From: a bacterium
GTDB taxonomy: Bacteria > Patescibacteriota > Patescibacteriia > UBA9934
Assembly: GCA_027592325.1 (NCBI GenBank)
Contig: JAQCKO010000001.1
Location: 20,247 to 84,246, forward strand
DNA length: 64,000 nucleotides
Direction: 5' to 3'
Below the pieces are notes generated by a model, which made no database searches, was not told where the DNA came from, and was given only the letters and a program-made list of their open reading frames with translations. Below, piece by piece: positions 1 through 8,616 of this stretch; positions within the stretch are counted from its first letter, which is position 1, and each line of letters opens with the position of its first letter. Both the position numbers and the translations under genes were made by a program.

Positions 1-313
1 ATGTGCCACCATTCGCGCCAGAACATCGTTCTCAAAGGAGGTGTCGGGATTCAAAAGCAATACATAATCCCCATCTGATCGTTTCATCCCTTGATTGACG
101 GCTGCAGCAAATCCTCGATTTTCTGGATTTGGCATATAGATCGCGCCGTATTTCGCTGCGAGCTCCTCGGTTTCTTGCCGCCCAGCATTATCGACGATAA
201 TCAACTCGTAATTGATTCCTTCAGAAACTTCTACTGAAGAAAAGCAGTCTCGCAGAACATGAAGATCTTCTTTATAGGTGACAACAATAATCGATAAGTC
301 GAGCGGTTTCATA
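1..313 (-). CDS. Family 2 glycosyltransferase, 3'-truncated at the window edge (start codon at 313)
   Basis: Minus-strand translation from ATG at 313 reads MKPLDLSIIVVTYKEDLHVLRDC...IIVDNAG...DGDYVLLLNPD, the GT2 N-terminal Rossmann signature. It overlaps the upstream gene stop by 4 nt. Absent from the ORF track because it runs off the window. Confidence 0.6.
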
Positions 314-1010
314 ATTGATGTTTCTTTTTGATGAGTTTCTTTGCGGCTTCGTATTTTTGAATGGCTTTTGGCATGAATCCTAGGCGTTTCCAAGGGATTT
401 TATACGCAATTTTCGGCATCCATTGTGTTCCTATACGCGACGCACCATCAATACGTGCTTTGTACAAATACTCTGGCACGCAAATTCCTGTTTTTCCTTC
501 TGCGAGCATTGTGAGCCATAAATCCCAGTCTTGCAAGCGCCTAACACTTTCATCAAAGCCTGGGAAATCCTCTGCACGAATAAGAGAAGTAGTGTGAATA
601 AAATTTGTGCTCTTTAATTGCTCTTCATCAAACGCAAGAGGCTTGAAGCGCTTCCCCCCAAAATAGAATCCACTATACGCATAACTTGCCGTGCTCGATG
701 TGAGAGCCACTAGCATCTTCTTAAGCGCATACGGTTTCATAACAATGTCTGCATCAACGAAAATGAAATAGTCGCCGGTTGCTGATTTTGCTCCTCTATT
801 CCGCGCGAAATTAGACCCCTGGTTATCTTGATGAATAGCTGTAAGCCGATTTTCGTATACCTCGAGCACTTTTTTTGTACTATCTGTTGATCCATCATCA
901 ACCACAATGATCTCAAGATCAACCCCCTCTTGTACGAGAAGGCTGTCAATACACGCAGGGAGACTTGTAGCATGCTGATACGTTGGAATAATCGCTGAAA
1001 TTTTAGGCAT
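309..1010 (-). CDS. Family 2 glycosyltransferase
   Basis: 233 aa. N-terminus ISAIIPTYQHATSLPACIDSLLVQ...VVDDGSTD is the classic GT2 fold with DxD. Confidence 0.85.
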   Translation of the reverse strand: MPKISAIIPTYQHATSLPACIDSLLVQEGVDLEIIVVDDGSTDSTKKVLEVYENRLTAIHQDNQGSNFARNRGAKSATGDYFIFVDADIVMKPYALKKMLVALTSSTASYAYSGFYFGGKRFKPLAFDEEQLKSTNFIHTTSLIRAEDFPGFDESVRRLQDWDLWLTMLAEGKTGICVPEYLYKARIDGASRIGTQWMPKIAYKIPWKRLGFMPKAIQKYEAAKKLIKKKHQL

Positions 1011-2097
1011 AGCGCTTTATTATTCGCTCGAGCTTTGAAAAGACGCGTTCAGATGTAAATTGCTGCGATCGTTCATGTCCTCTGCGGCCGAGTTGTTGTC
1101 GTCGATCTGGATTCTGAACGAGCTGCTGAAGCCGCTCAACAAGCTCCTCATCATTCTGTACCAGATACCCTGTCTCGCCATCAAGAATTGCCTCTGAAAC
1201 GCCCGGATGGTTGAATCCGACGACGGGAAGCCCAAAATACCCGGCTTCAATATAAACCATCCCAAAGCCTTCCCTGTCTGCTTCAGATTTTGTTGTTGGC
1301 ATGACGAATACATCTGCTGATTGATACGCCTTCACAAGCTCAACATCATCTAACATGCCCGTAAACGTCACGCGGTGATCTATCCCAAGCTTGTGAGCTA
1401 TTGCCTCAAGCCTTGGTTTATCCTCACCATCCCCAGCGATGGTATAGTGGACGTTTTTGAGCATTGGGAGCAGGTTCAACACCCGATCAACCCCTTTTCG
1501 CTCAACAAGACGACATGCGGTGAGCAGGTGAATACTGGTATTTTTATCAGCAACACCTTCGTCATCCGTCCGAAGGCAGGCGGTCATCGAATGACAATCG
1601 ACAAGTGCTGGATTCCCACCTTCGCTGGAATGACGAATCAACGGATTGGATTCGATCAATTCCGAACTCAGCGGCGGATACACAACCATCGGTTTTTCAT
1701 CCTTAGCGAATGCTGCAATTTCATTCGCGAGCGCGTGCGAATTCGTCACAATAAGTTTCGCAGACCAGATGATCCACTTTAGGATCATTCGTCGCCACCA
1801 CGAACGGCGTGCAAGATCAAAATCCATGCCATGAAAAATGAGTACATATGGTGTTCGAGTAACGTATCGCGCAATCATGGCCGCAAATCCAAGTGGATAC
1901 ACATGCGAAATAATGAGAAGGCGTGATGTATGCGCTACCTTTACCACCCAAACAAGTGCCCCTAAAAAACGTGGTGTTTTTGGCCGATAATCAACATCAA
2001 TCGACTGCGCGTAAACGCGGATAAGCTCGGAAAGATACCGAGCAACTCCTCCCTTTTGCGGTGCGTAATCGACAGTTAAGAGACGAATACGTTTCAT
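1003..2097 (-). CDS. Family 1 (GT4-type) glycosyltransferase
   Basis: 364 aa. C-terminal EADREGFGMVYIEAGYFGLPVVGFNHPGVSEAILDGETGYLV is the GT-B retaining glycosyltransferase motif. Confidence 0.85.
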   Translation of the reverse strand: MKRIRLLTVDYAPQKGGVARYLSELIRVYAQSIDVDYRPKTPRFLGALVWVVKVAHTSRLLIISHVYPLGFAAMIARYVTRTPYVLIFHGMDFDLARRSWWRRMILKWIIWSAKLIVTNSHALANEIAAFAKDEKPMVVYPPLSSELIESNPLIRHSSEGGNPALVDCHSMTACLRTDDEGVADKNTSIHLLTACRLVERKGVDRVLNLLPMLKNVHYTIAGDGEDKPRLEAIAHKLGIDHRVTFTGMLDDVELVKAYQSADVFVMPTTKSEADREGFGMVYIEAGYFGLPVVGFNHPGVSEAILDGETGYLVQNDEELVERLQQLVQNPDRRQQLGRRGHERSQQFTSERVFSKLERIIKRYA

Positions 2098-3530
2098 AGC
2101 TTTTTACGAATCAGTAAACGAAGTTGATTCATCTCATTTTTACGGATCGCCCCAAAAACAAATAGCATTACCGGATACACCACACAACCAATAATAATTC
2201 GTAGAAGAACCGGCACGAATGGTGCGAGTAGATAAACAGAAAGCCCCATTGTTAGCCCCGCAAGAACGATGGACCCAATTGTTTTCAAGAGTTGACCCAC
2301 AGAAAATGTCGTGGTCTTTTGCATGACCACCCAATCGACAATGAGCATGAATGCAAAACTTCCAAGTGCCGCGATGCTCGCCCCCGTAATCCCGAATATG
2401 GGAATGAGAACAAGATTAAACACAATATTTAACACCATGGTGGCCGCTCCAATAACCGTCTTGGTCATTTGCCGATCATTACTGTTAAGAAGTGAACCAA
2501 TCGGAAAATCAAGAAAAATGAATAGCAGGACAAAAATTAAAACCTGCAATGGGAGAACCGAGTCAAGAAATGCATCTGAGTACACAAGTGTAATAAGATC
2601 TGGTGCAATTGCCCAAATACCAAACACGATCGGGACTCCAATAAGGGCTAAGTACCAAAATGCGGATGTGAGCTGTTTTTTTAGTTGATCCTGATTTCCT
2701 GCTGCCTCGCTCATTGCGGGGTAAAGTGCAGCGACAAATGCAAGAGGAAGAAATTGAAAAGCATAGGTGAGTTTATAGGCAACGGCATACACACCAACCG
2801 CAGCCTCCCCCATCAGCTGATTTAAAATAAAGCTGTCAACATATGAATAGACTTTCACGAACACGGCGGCAAGAAAAAAGGCAAATGCGGGCTTAAGTGG
2901 CTGAAGGCCTCGTTTCCAGCTTGGAATGAAGGCATGAAACCCAATCCGTCTTCCAAGCATACCAGCCGAAAAAGCAAGGTTCCAACTACTCCCCACGGCA
3001 AGGGCGATCACAAGCAAAGGAAGTGTGGCTGCCCCCGTCAGAAGAAACATCCCACCCACGATGGCTGTCATGGTTTGGCCTATGAAAATACCCAAAGATT
3101 CATAGCGAAGATCGCCTAGGCCGCGAAGGAGGCCAAAAAACGTCAACGATAGTGAATCAGCAATAAGGACAATCAGTCCAATACGTGCAAGAACAAAAAG
3201 CTCCGCAGACATTCCTGGAAACAGGACAGGTAATAAGAGGACAAAGAGAATGGTGAGCGGAATGGTCACGCACTTTACACCGAGAATGAGTTGCGTCCAT
3301 TCTTCTACTTTCACCTTTTGCTTAGCAACTTCACGAATGGCAACCGACGTGAGGCCAATATCATCAAAAACAGCGATAATGGTGATAATGGCAAGGGCGA
3401 GAAAATACACCCCAGTCCCCTCCTGACCAAAAAACCGTGCCACCAGTGCGAAATACACAAATGCAATGGCCTTTTGTCCAACAGATGCAATCGTTAAATA
3501 GAACGTGTTTCGTGCCAAAACCGATGCCAT
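2094..3530 (-). CDS. Polysaccharide/oligosaccharide flippase (Wzx-like, MOP superfamily)
   Basis: 478 aa, about 12-14 predicted TM helices, typical MOP/Wzx topology. Adjacent to glycosyltransferases and overlaps its neighbour by 4 nt. Confidence 0.75.
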   Translation of the reverse strand: MASVLARNTFYLTIASVGQKAIAFVYFALVARFFGQEGTGVYFLALAIITIIAVFDDIGLTSVAIREVAKQKVKVEEWTQLILGVKCVTIPLTILFVLLLPVLFPGMSAELFVLARIGLIVLIADSLSLTFFGLLRGLGDLRYESLGIFIGQTMTAIVGGMFLLTGAATLPLLVIALAVGSSWNLAFSAGMLGRRIGFHAFIPSWKRGLQPLKPAFAFFLAAVFVKVYSYVDSFILNQLMGEAAVGVYAVAYKLTYAFQFLPLAFVAALYPAMSEAAGNQDQLKKQLTSAFWYLALIGVPIVFGIWAIAPDLITLVYSDAFLDSVLPLQVLIFVLLFIFLDFPIGSLLNSNDRQMTKTVIGAATMVLNIVFNLVLIPIFGITGASIAALGSFAFMLIVDWVVMQKTTTFSVGQLLKTIGSIVLAGLTMGLSVYLLAPFVPVLLRIIIGCVVYPVMLFVFGAIRKNEMNQLRLLIRKKL

Positions 3531-3594
3531 AATATGTCTATATTAGTTGATTTTGGACGTAGAAGCAAGGTGGATGAACACATCATTAATCCGT

Positions 3595-3619
3595 GTCATT
3601 CCTGCGAAGGCAGGAATCC
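3595..3619. repeat. Copy of dispersed palindromic hairpin repeat H1 (GTCATTCCTGCGAAGGCAGGAATCC)
   Basis: Near-identical copies in inverse orientation at 45818-45841 and 53359-53386; a variant at 63602-63638. Confidence 0.7.
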
Positions 3620-3674
3620 AACGAATCAAATTTGGCACACGCTAGACCCAGTGTAATCCCGGGGTGGCTAACAG

Positions 3675-3725
3675 ATCCCTCACATTCGTTCGGGAATTAC
3701 GAATTCTCGAGCCTCACGAGAGGTC
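3675..3725. repeat. Inverted pair of the R2 repeat unit (GATCCCTCACATTCGTTCGGGAATT / GAATTCTCGAGCCTCACGAGAGGTC)
   Basis: The left half is the reverse complement of the R2 unit AATTTCTCGAACGAATGTGAGAGATC seen at 61209-61234 and 63641-63666. The right half resembles the copy at 59953-59977. Confidence 0.6.
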
Positions 3726-3812
3726 GATTTGCATTCAATACAAAAACCCACTCCTGCGAGTGAGTCTTTGTATTGAAGCTCGATTGTTAATTGCTATTTC
3801 AGCTGTCCGCGA

Positions 3813-3845
3813 AAATCGATTATTTCGACGGGAAATAATCGATTT
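3813..3845 (-). terminator. Perfect 14-bp stem hairpin downstream of rpsI (AAATCGATTATTTC-GACGG-GAAATAATCGATTT), likely operon terminator
   Basis: A perfect inverted repeat directly after the last gene of the ribosomal cluster. The U-tract on the minus strand is short (TT), so the call is moderate. Confidence 0.45.
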
Positions 3846-3866
3846 GCAGCGCATCTGGAAAACAAT

Positions 3867-4265
3867 TTAACGCTTGCGCCACTGACGTGAGCGACGAGCC
3901 CCACGAAGTCCGAATTTTTTTCGTTCCTTGATGCGTGCATCGCGACTAAGGTAACCCTTTGTCTTAAGAGCGGTTTTGAAGGCATCATTTTCCTTCACGA
4001 GCGCACGTGCAATTCCGAGCTTTACTGCATCAGATTGCCCGCGCATACCTCCTCCGATTGCACGCACGGATACATCAACGCTATCCATGCGACCAACTTC
4101 CTGAAGCGGAAGAAGAGCATTATTGCGCTCCGTTTCGAGTTTAAAATACTCTTTCACCTCACGCCCGTTGACCGTAACCTTCCCAGATCCACCTGGGTAA
4201 ATACGTACCTGTGCAATTGCTGATTTACGACGTCCAAGTGCCTGGATGTATGTGGTTTCTGGCAT
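3867..4265 (-). CDS. rpsI: 30S ribosomal protein S9
   Basis: 132 aa ending ...KRKFGLRGARRSRQWRKR. The uS9 C-terminal signature. Confidence 0.95.
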   Translation of the reverse strand: MPETTYIQALGRRKSAIAQVRIYPGGSGKVTVNGREVKEYFKLETERNNALLPLQEVGRMDSVDVSVRAIGGGMRGQSDAVKLGIARALVKENDAFKTALKTKGYLSRDARIKERKKFGLRGARRSRQWRKR

Positions 4266-4266
4266 A

Positions 4267-4632
4267 CTATACGGTAATCTTAAGGCGACTTAGACGCTCC
4301 TTTCGAAGCTTATTTTTTGGAAGCATACGGCTCACCGCTGCTTCTAGCACCATGGCTGGGCTTTGCTCAAAAAGATCTTTGAGTGATCGAGCCTTGATTC
4401 CACCTGGCCATCCTGTATGGCGGTAGTAAATCTTTTGTTCCATTTTATTGCGGCCGCTGAACGTCATTTTCCCGACATTTTCAACTTCTACGACATCACC
4501 GATATCCTGATTTGGGACATAGTCTGCACGATGCTTCCCAATGAGATGTGTTGCGATATCAGTAGCAAGTCGCCCAAGTGGTTGACCTGCAGCATTGACC
4601 TTATAGGTCTCGCGTGTGAATTGCTTATCCAT
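4267..4632 (-). CDS. rplM: 50S ribosomal protein L13
   Basis: 121 aa. The conserved rplM-rpsI pair. Confidence 0.93.
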   Translation of the reverse strand: MDKQFTRETYKVNAAGQPLGRLATDIATHLIGKHRADYVPNQDIGDVVEVENVGKMTFSGRNKMEQKIYYRHTGWPGGIKARSLKDLFEQSPAMVLEAAVSRMLPKNKLRKERLSRLKITV

Positions 4633-4633
4633 A

Positions 4634-4984
4634 TTAGACGAGTTCGAGCTTTACAACCTCGGCTCCATCTCCTTTGCGAGGTCCCATCTTAACAATGCGG
4701 GTGTATCCTCCTTCACGATCTTTGTACTTTGGACCAATGACATCCATAAGCTTATTCACTGGCTGCTCTGTTGTGAAGAATGCAAGAAGCTGACGGCGCG
4801 CCGCGAGATTCCCTTTCTTCGCCTTTGTGATAAGCTTCTCAACCACAGGCTTCACGGCTTTCGCCTTACCTTGCGTTGTTTGAATGCCATCATAGACGAT
4901 GACACTCGTAGCGAGGTCGCGAAGAAGCGCTTTTCGCGCACTTCGGCTTCGCCCGAGCGTTTTTGTTGTATTTCGGTGGCGCAT
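4634..4984 (-). CDS. rplQ: 50S ribosomal protein L17
   Basis: 116 aa. Immediately downstream of rpoA, as in the alpha operon. Confidence 0.93.
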   Translation of the reverse strand: MRHRNTTKTLGRSRSARKALLRDLATSVIVYDGIQTTQGKAKAVKPVVEKLITKAKKGNLAARRQLLAFFTTEQPVNKLMDVIGPKYKDREGGYTRIVKMGPRKGDGAEVVKLELV

Positions 4985-4985
4985 A

Positions 4986-5741
4986 TTATTCCGTCTCTTC
5001 TTCTGAATCTTCGTTTTCCTGACTCTCTAATACTTTCTCAGTCAGAGAAGCGTGAGAGAGTTGTCCTGCAATCCAATTAAAGTGATTGAGGATTGTCTCG
5101 GTTGCCTTTTCAACAGCAGCTTGTGCTGTAACGGTTCCATCAGTGGTAATGTTCATGATTACCTTATCGTAGTTGGTGATTTCTCCAACACGCGTATTCT
5201 CTACTTGAAGTCCTGCAGCAACGACCGGACTGAAAAGTGCATCAACAGCGATGAGTCCGATTTCAGTTGTTGGGACTGTGCGTTCTTCGGTTGGAAGATA
5301 CCCTCGCCCACGTTCGACAGTGATTTCCATTTCGAAATCCGTGTCCGTCGTCAGCGTTGCAAGAACAAGTTCTCCATTAACGATTTCTACATCTGCATTT
5401 TTTTCGAATCCTGATGCCATCACTTCACCTTTCTTTTTTTGTGAAAGCGTAAGAACAACAGGATCATCACTATGCACAATCATGCGTAGTTTCTTAAGGT
5501 TCAAGATAATGCTAAGTACATCTTCTTTTACCCCTTCAACACCCATAAATTCGTGCTGAGCACCTTTGATTTTTACCGCCGTTACCGCCGCTCCTTCAAG
5601 TGAAGAAAGCAAAACACGGCGCAGGGCGTTTCCGATTGTGGTTCCATAGCCATGATGAAGTGGCTCAATCGTGAGGATTGATTCGTTTTCGTGTTCACCA
5701 TCGGTGAAGACCATCTTTGAGGGAAGCAAAATATTCTCCAT
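4986..5741 (-). CDS. rpoA: DNA-directed RNA polymerase alpha subunit, N-terminal domain only (no alpha-CTD)
   Basis: 251 aa. A full alpha-NTD (dimerisation and beta/beta' contact region) ends ...ILNHFNWIAGQL, followed only by an acidic tail ESQENEDSEEETE. rplQ starts 2 nt later, so there is no room for a CTD. Confidence 0.88.
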   Translation of the reverse strand: MENILLPSKMVFTDGEHENESILTIEPLHHGYGTTIGNALRRVLLSSLEGAAVTAVKIKGAQHEFMGVEGVKEDVLSIILNLKKLRMIVHSDDPVVLTLSQKKKGEVMASGFEKNADVEIVNGELVLATLTTDTDFEMEITVERGRGYLPTEERTVPTTEIGLIAVDALFSPVVAAGLQVENTRVGEITNYDKVIMNITTDGTVTAQAAVEKATETILNHFNWIAGQLSHASLTEKVLESQENEDSEEETE

Positions 5742-5749
5742 AGGGTACG

Positions 5750-6373
5750 TTATCGTGAGTAAAACTCGATAATAAGTTTTGGATCGTAGACCTCTTTCAG
5801 ATCTTCCCCTTCAGGACGTCCCACCACAGTACCTTTGAATGCTCCTTTTTCTAGGTGAAGCCATCCTGGAACTGTGTGTGATTTTGCTCGTTCCTCCATA
5901 TCGGCGAATAGGCCTTTTTTACGCTTATTCTCTCGCACCTCGATTACATCGTCAACTCGAAGCTGGTAAGAAGGGATATTGACCTTCTTTCCGTTTACGA
6001 GGAACATGGCATGACTCACCATTTGTCTTGCCTGTGCACGCGTTTTTGCAAATCCAAGTCGGAATACGGCGTTGTCGAGGCGAGATTCAAGCATGTGCGC
6101 AAGATTCTCTCCAGTGTTCCCAGGAGCCGCAGAAGCCTTTTCGAAATAATTACGAAATTGGCGCTCCATGATGCCATAAATACGCTTTGCTTTCTGCTTT
6201 TCGCGAAGCTGAATCGCATAAACTGAAAGACGTGGATGACGCGCACGTGGACCACCATGTTCTCCAGGAACATATGGACGCCGCTGCATCGTTTTAAGAA
6301 CGCTTTCGCTTGTCGAGAGCGCAACGCCATCGCGTCGGCTCATCTTTGTTAGATGTTTTTGTGTCTTACCCAT
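5750..6373 (-). CDS. rpsD: 30S ribosomal protein S4
   Basis: 207 aa. uS4 family (N-terminal ARY-like region plus S4 RNA-binding domain). Confidence 0.93.
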   Translation of the reverse strand: MGKTQKHLTKMSRRDGVALSTSESVLKTMQRRPYVPGEHGGPRARHPRLSVYAIQLREKQKAKRIYGIMERQFRNYFEKASAAPGNTGENLAHMLESRLDNAVFRLGFAKTRAQARQMVSHAMFLVNGKKVNIPSYQLRVDDVIEVRENKRKKGLFADMEERAKSHTVPGWLHLEKGAFKGTVVGRPEGEDLKEVYDPKLIIEFYSR

Positions 6374-6381
6374 ACCTCACG

Positions 6382-6897
6382 TTATACACGTCGAGCGCGG
6401 CGTGGCCGGCACCCATTATGCGGCACTGGTGTGCGCTCTTTAATTCCTGTAATGCTAAATCCTTTTGCGTTTAGCGAGCGAATTGCAGCATCTTTACCGT
6501 TTCCAATTCCGGTTACGTAAACCATAAGTTCACGGACACCGTAGCGCTCAAGCGCATCTGCAATATCATTTACAACCACTCCGGCTGCATATGGTGTTGC
6601 TTTCTTTGGCCCTTTGAATCCACATTTTCCAGAGCTTGACCATGCAATAATATTTCCATGAGGGTCAGCGACAGAAATAATGGTGTTGTTAAGGCTTGCA
6701 AAAACATAGGCATTTCCTTTAGAAACGCTCTTCATGACACGTTTCTTTCCTTTTGCAGAACGAATATACACTTTCTGATTCGTCGCTTTTGCCTTTGATT
6801 CTGCCTTTTTCTCAGACTGCTTCGCGTCATCTGGCGATGTCACTTGAGTCTCATCGGTAGTAGCCTCTACTACCTGAGTTGTTTTCTCTTCACTCAT
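6382..6897 (-). CDS. rpsK: 30S ribosomal protein S11 with an ~40-aa Lys/Glu-rich N-terminal extension
   Basis: 171 aa. The core from ...KKRVMKSVSKGNAYVFASLNNTIISVADPHGN... is uS11. The N-terminal 40 aa are low-complexity. Confidence 0.9.
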   Translation of the reverse strand: MSEEKTTQVVEATTDETQVTSPDDAKQSEKKAESKAKATNQKVYIRSAKGKKRVMKSVSKGNAYVFASLNNTIISVADPHGNIIAWSSSGKCGFKGPKKATPYAAGVVVNDIADALERYGVRELMVYVTGIGNGKDAAIRSLNAKGFSITGIKERTPVPHNGCRPRRARRV

Positions 6898-6903
6898 AAG
6901 CTT

Positions 6904-7290
6904 TTAGGTCTTCGAGACTACGCGGCGACCGCTACCCGCTGTTTGACGAACGTTTCCACGGCGTGTACGAGAATTTGATTTCGTTCGCTGCCCGCGAGCA
7001 GGAAGATTCTTCGCATGGCGATCTCCTCGGTAAGTCCCAATTTCTTGGAGGCGCTTGACATTTCCTAGCACCTCGCGGCGAAGCTCACCTTCTACCTTCT
7101 GCCCTTTTTCTACAAGTGCACGAATAGTGTTCAGTTGATCTTCACTTAAATCTTTTACGCGGGTGCTCATATCGAGCTGCGATTGCGTTACAATGCGCTC
7201 CGCAGTTGTATTCCCAATTCCATAAACATACGTAAGTGCTATGACTACGCGTTTATTAGATGGAAGGGTAACTCCAGCAATACGTGCCAT
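6904..7290 (-). CDS. rpsM: 30S ribosomal protein S13
   Basis: 128 aa, MARIAGVTLPSNKRVVIALTYVYGIG. Confidence 0.95.
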   Translation of the reverse strand: MARIAGVTLPSNKRVVIALTYVYGIGNTTAERIVTQSQLDMSTRVKDLSEDQLNTIRALVEKGQKVEGELRREVLGNVKRLQEIGTYRGDRHAKNLPARGQRTKSNSRTRRGNVRQTAGSGRRVVSKT

Positions 7291-7292
7291 AA

Positions 7293-7406
7293 TTATCCTT
7301 GTCGTTGCTTATGTCGAGGGTTTTTGCAGACAACGTGTACGCGCCCTTTTCGGCGAATAACGCGGCAATCTCGACAGCGTTTTTTAACTGATGCTTGTAC
7401 TTTCAT
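7293..7406 (-). CDS. rpmJ: 50S ribosomal protein L36
   Basis: Not in the ORF track (too short). Minus-strand translation gives [37 protein letters not shown] (37 aa), the zinc-ribbon bL36 consensus, in the expected infA-rpmJ-rpsM position. Confidence 0.85.
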   Translation of the reverse strand: MKVQASVKKRCRDCRVIRRKGRVHVVCKNPRHKQRQG

Positions 7407-7625
7407 AAGTCATCATGGATTAGATACGTCGAAATCATCCTCTTAAAAGAAGGATGATGTCGTCTTAAGTTCGCATGCCTTACATCCACGTGTCTCAACA
7501 CGTTGATTTTAGTGTCAGATAATCGATGCAGTTTTGGTGAATCGCGATGCGCGGAGCGAGCCGTACTAGAACGTACGGTGAGCGAGCACAGCAGCGATGA
7601 GCCGAAAATGCACGATTATATGGCG

Positions 7626-7841
7626 CTAAAATCTGTAAGTGATGCGGCCTTTTGTGAGATCATAAGGACTAATCTCAACTTTGACGTCATCGCCAGGCAT
7701 AATACGAATTCGGAATTTTCGCAATTTTCCTGACAGATGAGCGATAATTTCTTGGCCTCCGTCAAGTACCACTCGGAACTTGCCGGCAGGAAGAGCTTCT
7801 TCAACTCTTCCTCTTGCCTCGATGAAATCTTTTTCTGCCAT
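7626..7841 (-). CDS. infA: Translation initiation factor IF-1
   Basis: Internal Met of the 96-aa track [74 protein letters not shown] (71 aa) is a full-length S1-fold IF-1. Confidence 0.85.
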   Translation of the reverse strand: MAEKDFIEARGRVEEALPAGKFRVVLDGGQEIIAHLSGKLRKFRIRIMPGDDVKVEISPYDLTKGRITYRF

Positions 7842-7960
7842 AAGTGCGAGAAGTCTAACAAATTCAGGCGCTTCTGGCAAGAACAATTTGGATGAAATCC
7901 GCCGGAAGTGTACCAAAATGGGGAAAATAAGTCAAATTGCACTGTGTCTGGATTGTAATC

Positions 7961-7989
7961 TTGACGTTTGAGAAGAAAACCCGTATATT
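7961..7989 (+). promoter_or_regulatory. Near-consensus sigma70-type promoter (TTGACG-17 nt-TATATT) for the 8037 gene
   Basis: -35 TTGACG at 7961-7966, 17-nt spacer, -10 TATATT at 7984-7989. GAGG RBS 5 nt before the ATG at 8037. Confidence 0.5.
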
Positions 7990-8036
7990 TAATCGTCACA
8001 AAACGGTGGATACCCCACCCGGTGACCTGAGGAAAA

Positions 8037-8474
8037 ATGCCCGCTGAAGAATGCCTGAAGGCTACACGTGATCTTGCCAAGCAGATCAGGCGGGTCACTG
8101 GCCTAAAGTCCCAATTTGCGGAAACGGACACGGGAACCGTCATCGTCTTCACCCATACGGGTACGACCGGGCTCGATCTACAGTTGGAACCTCAGCATCA
8201 TGGTGACGATTCTACGAGGATGAGTATCATGATCCGCGTCACCTGCAACGGCGAGTTCATGCACGCATACGTGAGCGTCTCGCCGGAGGGAGATTTCACC
8301 TGCATCGGTGAGGGTGGATGCGGTCATTCAACGGACGATTTTCCGGATGAGTTGTCCGACATGTTCGATGATCAGCCACACGACGCAGACGGTGTGAGGG
8401 AGGAGATCGAGCGCTCCGTCGGGGTCTGGTTGGACTACGGCAACCAAACGCCGAGCAATCTCGCATACACCTAG
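8037..8474 (+). CDS. Hypothetical Cys-containing protein in the GC-rich islet
   Basis: 145 aa. Own promoter and RBS. Local GC ~55-58% against ~45% in flanks. No family recognisable by eye. A CxxxxC-like TCIGEGGCGHS segment is present. Confidence 0.5.
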   Translation: MPAEECLKATRDLAKQIRRVTGLKSQFAETDTGTVIVFTHTGTTGLDLQLEPQHHGDDSTRMSIMIRVTCNGEFMHAYVSVSPEGDFTCIGEGGCGHSTDDFPDELSDMFDDQPHDADGVREEIERSVGVWLDYGNQTPSNLAYT

Positions 8475-8494
8475 CCCGGCGCTGGGCTGCTAGA

Positions 8495-8532
8495 CGCGCT
8501 TCCGACACACGGTCGGAGGCGCGTTTTCTCTT
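8495..8532 (+). terminator. Rho-independent terminator after the 8037-8474 gene
   Basis: GCGCTTCCGAC-ACAC-GGTCGGAGGCGCG stem-loop followed by TTTTCTCTT. Confidence 0.55.
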
Positions 8533-8616
8533 GTATAAGCGAAAGCGCCCACATCTCTGCAGGCGCCACGAGCTATTCAACGAGTACGAACTTGAAGTCG
8601 TCATCTGGAACACGGG

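Noticed and set aside
7616-8152. 178-aa minus-strand ORF overlapping infA and the infA upstream spacer
   Set aside because: It is out of frame with the well-supported IF-1 reading frame (7626-7841), spans a promoter region, and has no recognisable domain. Treated as a spurious ORF.
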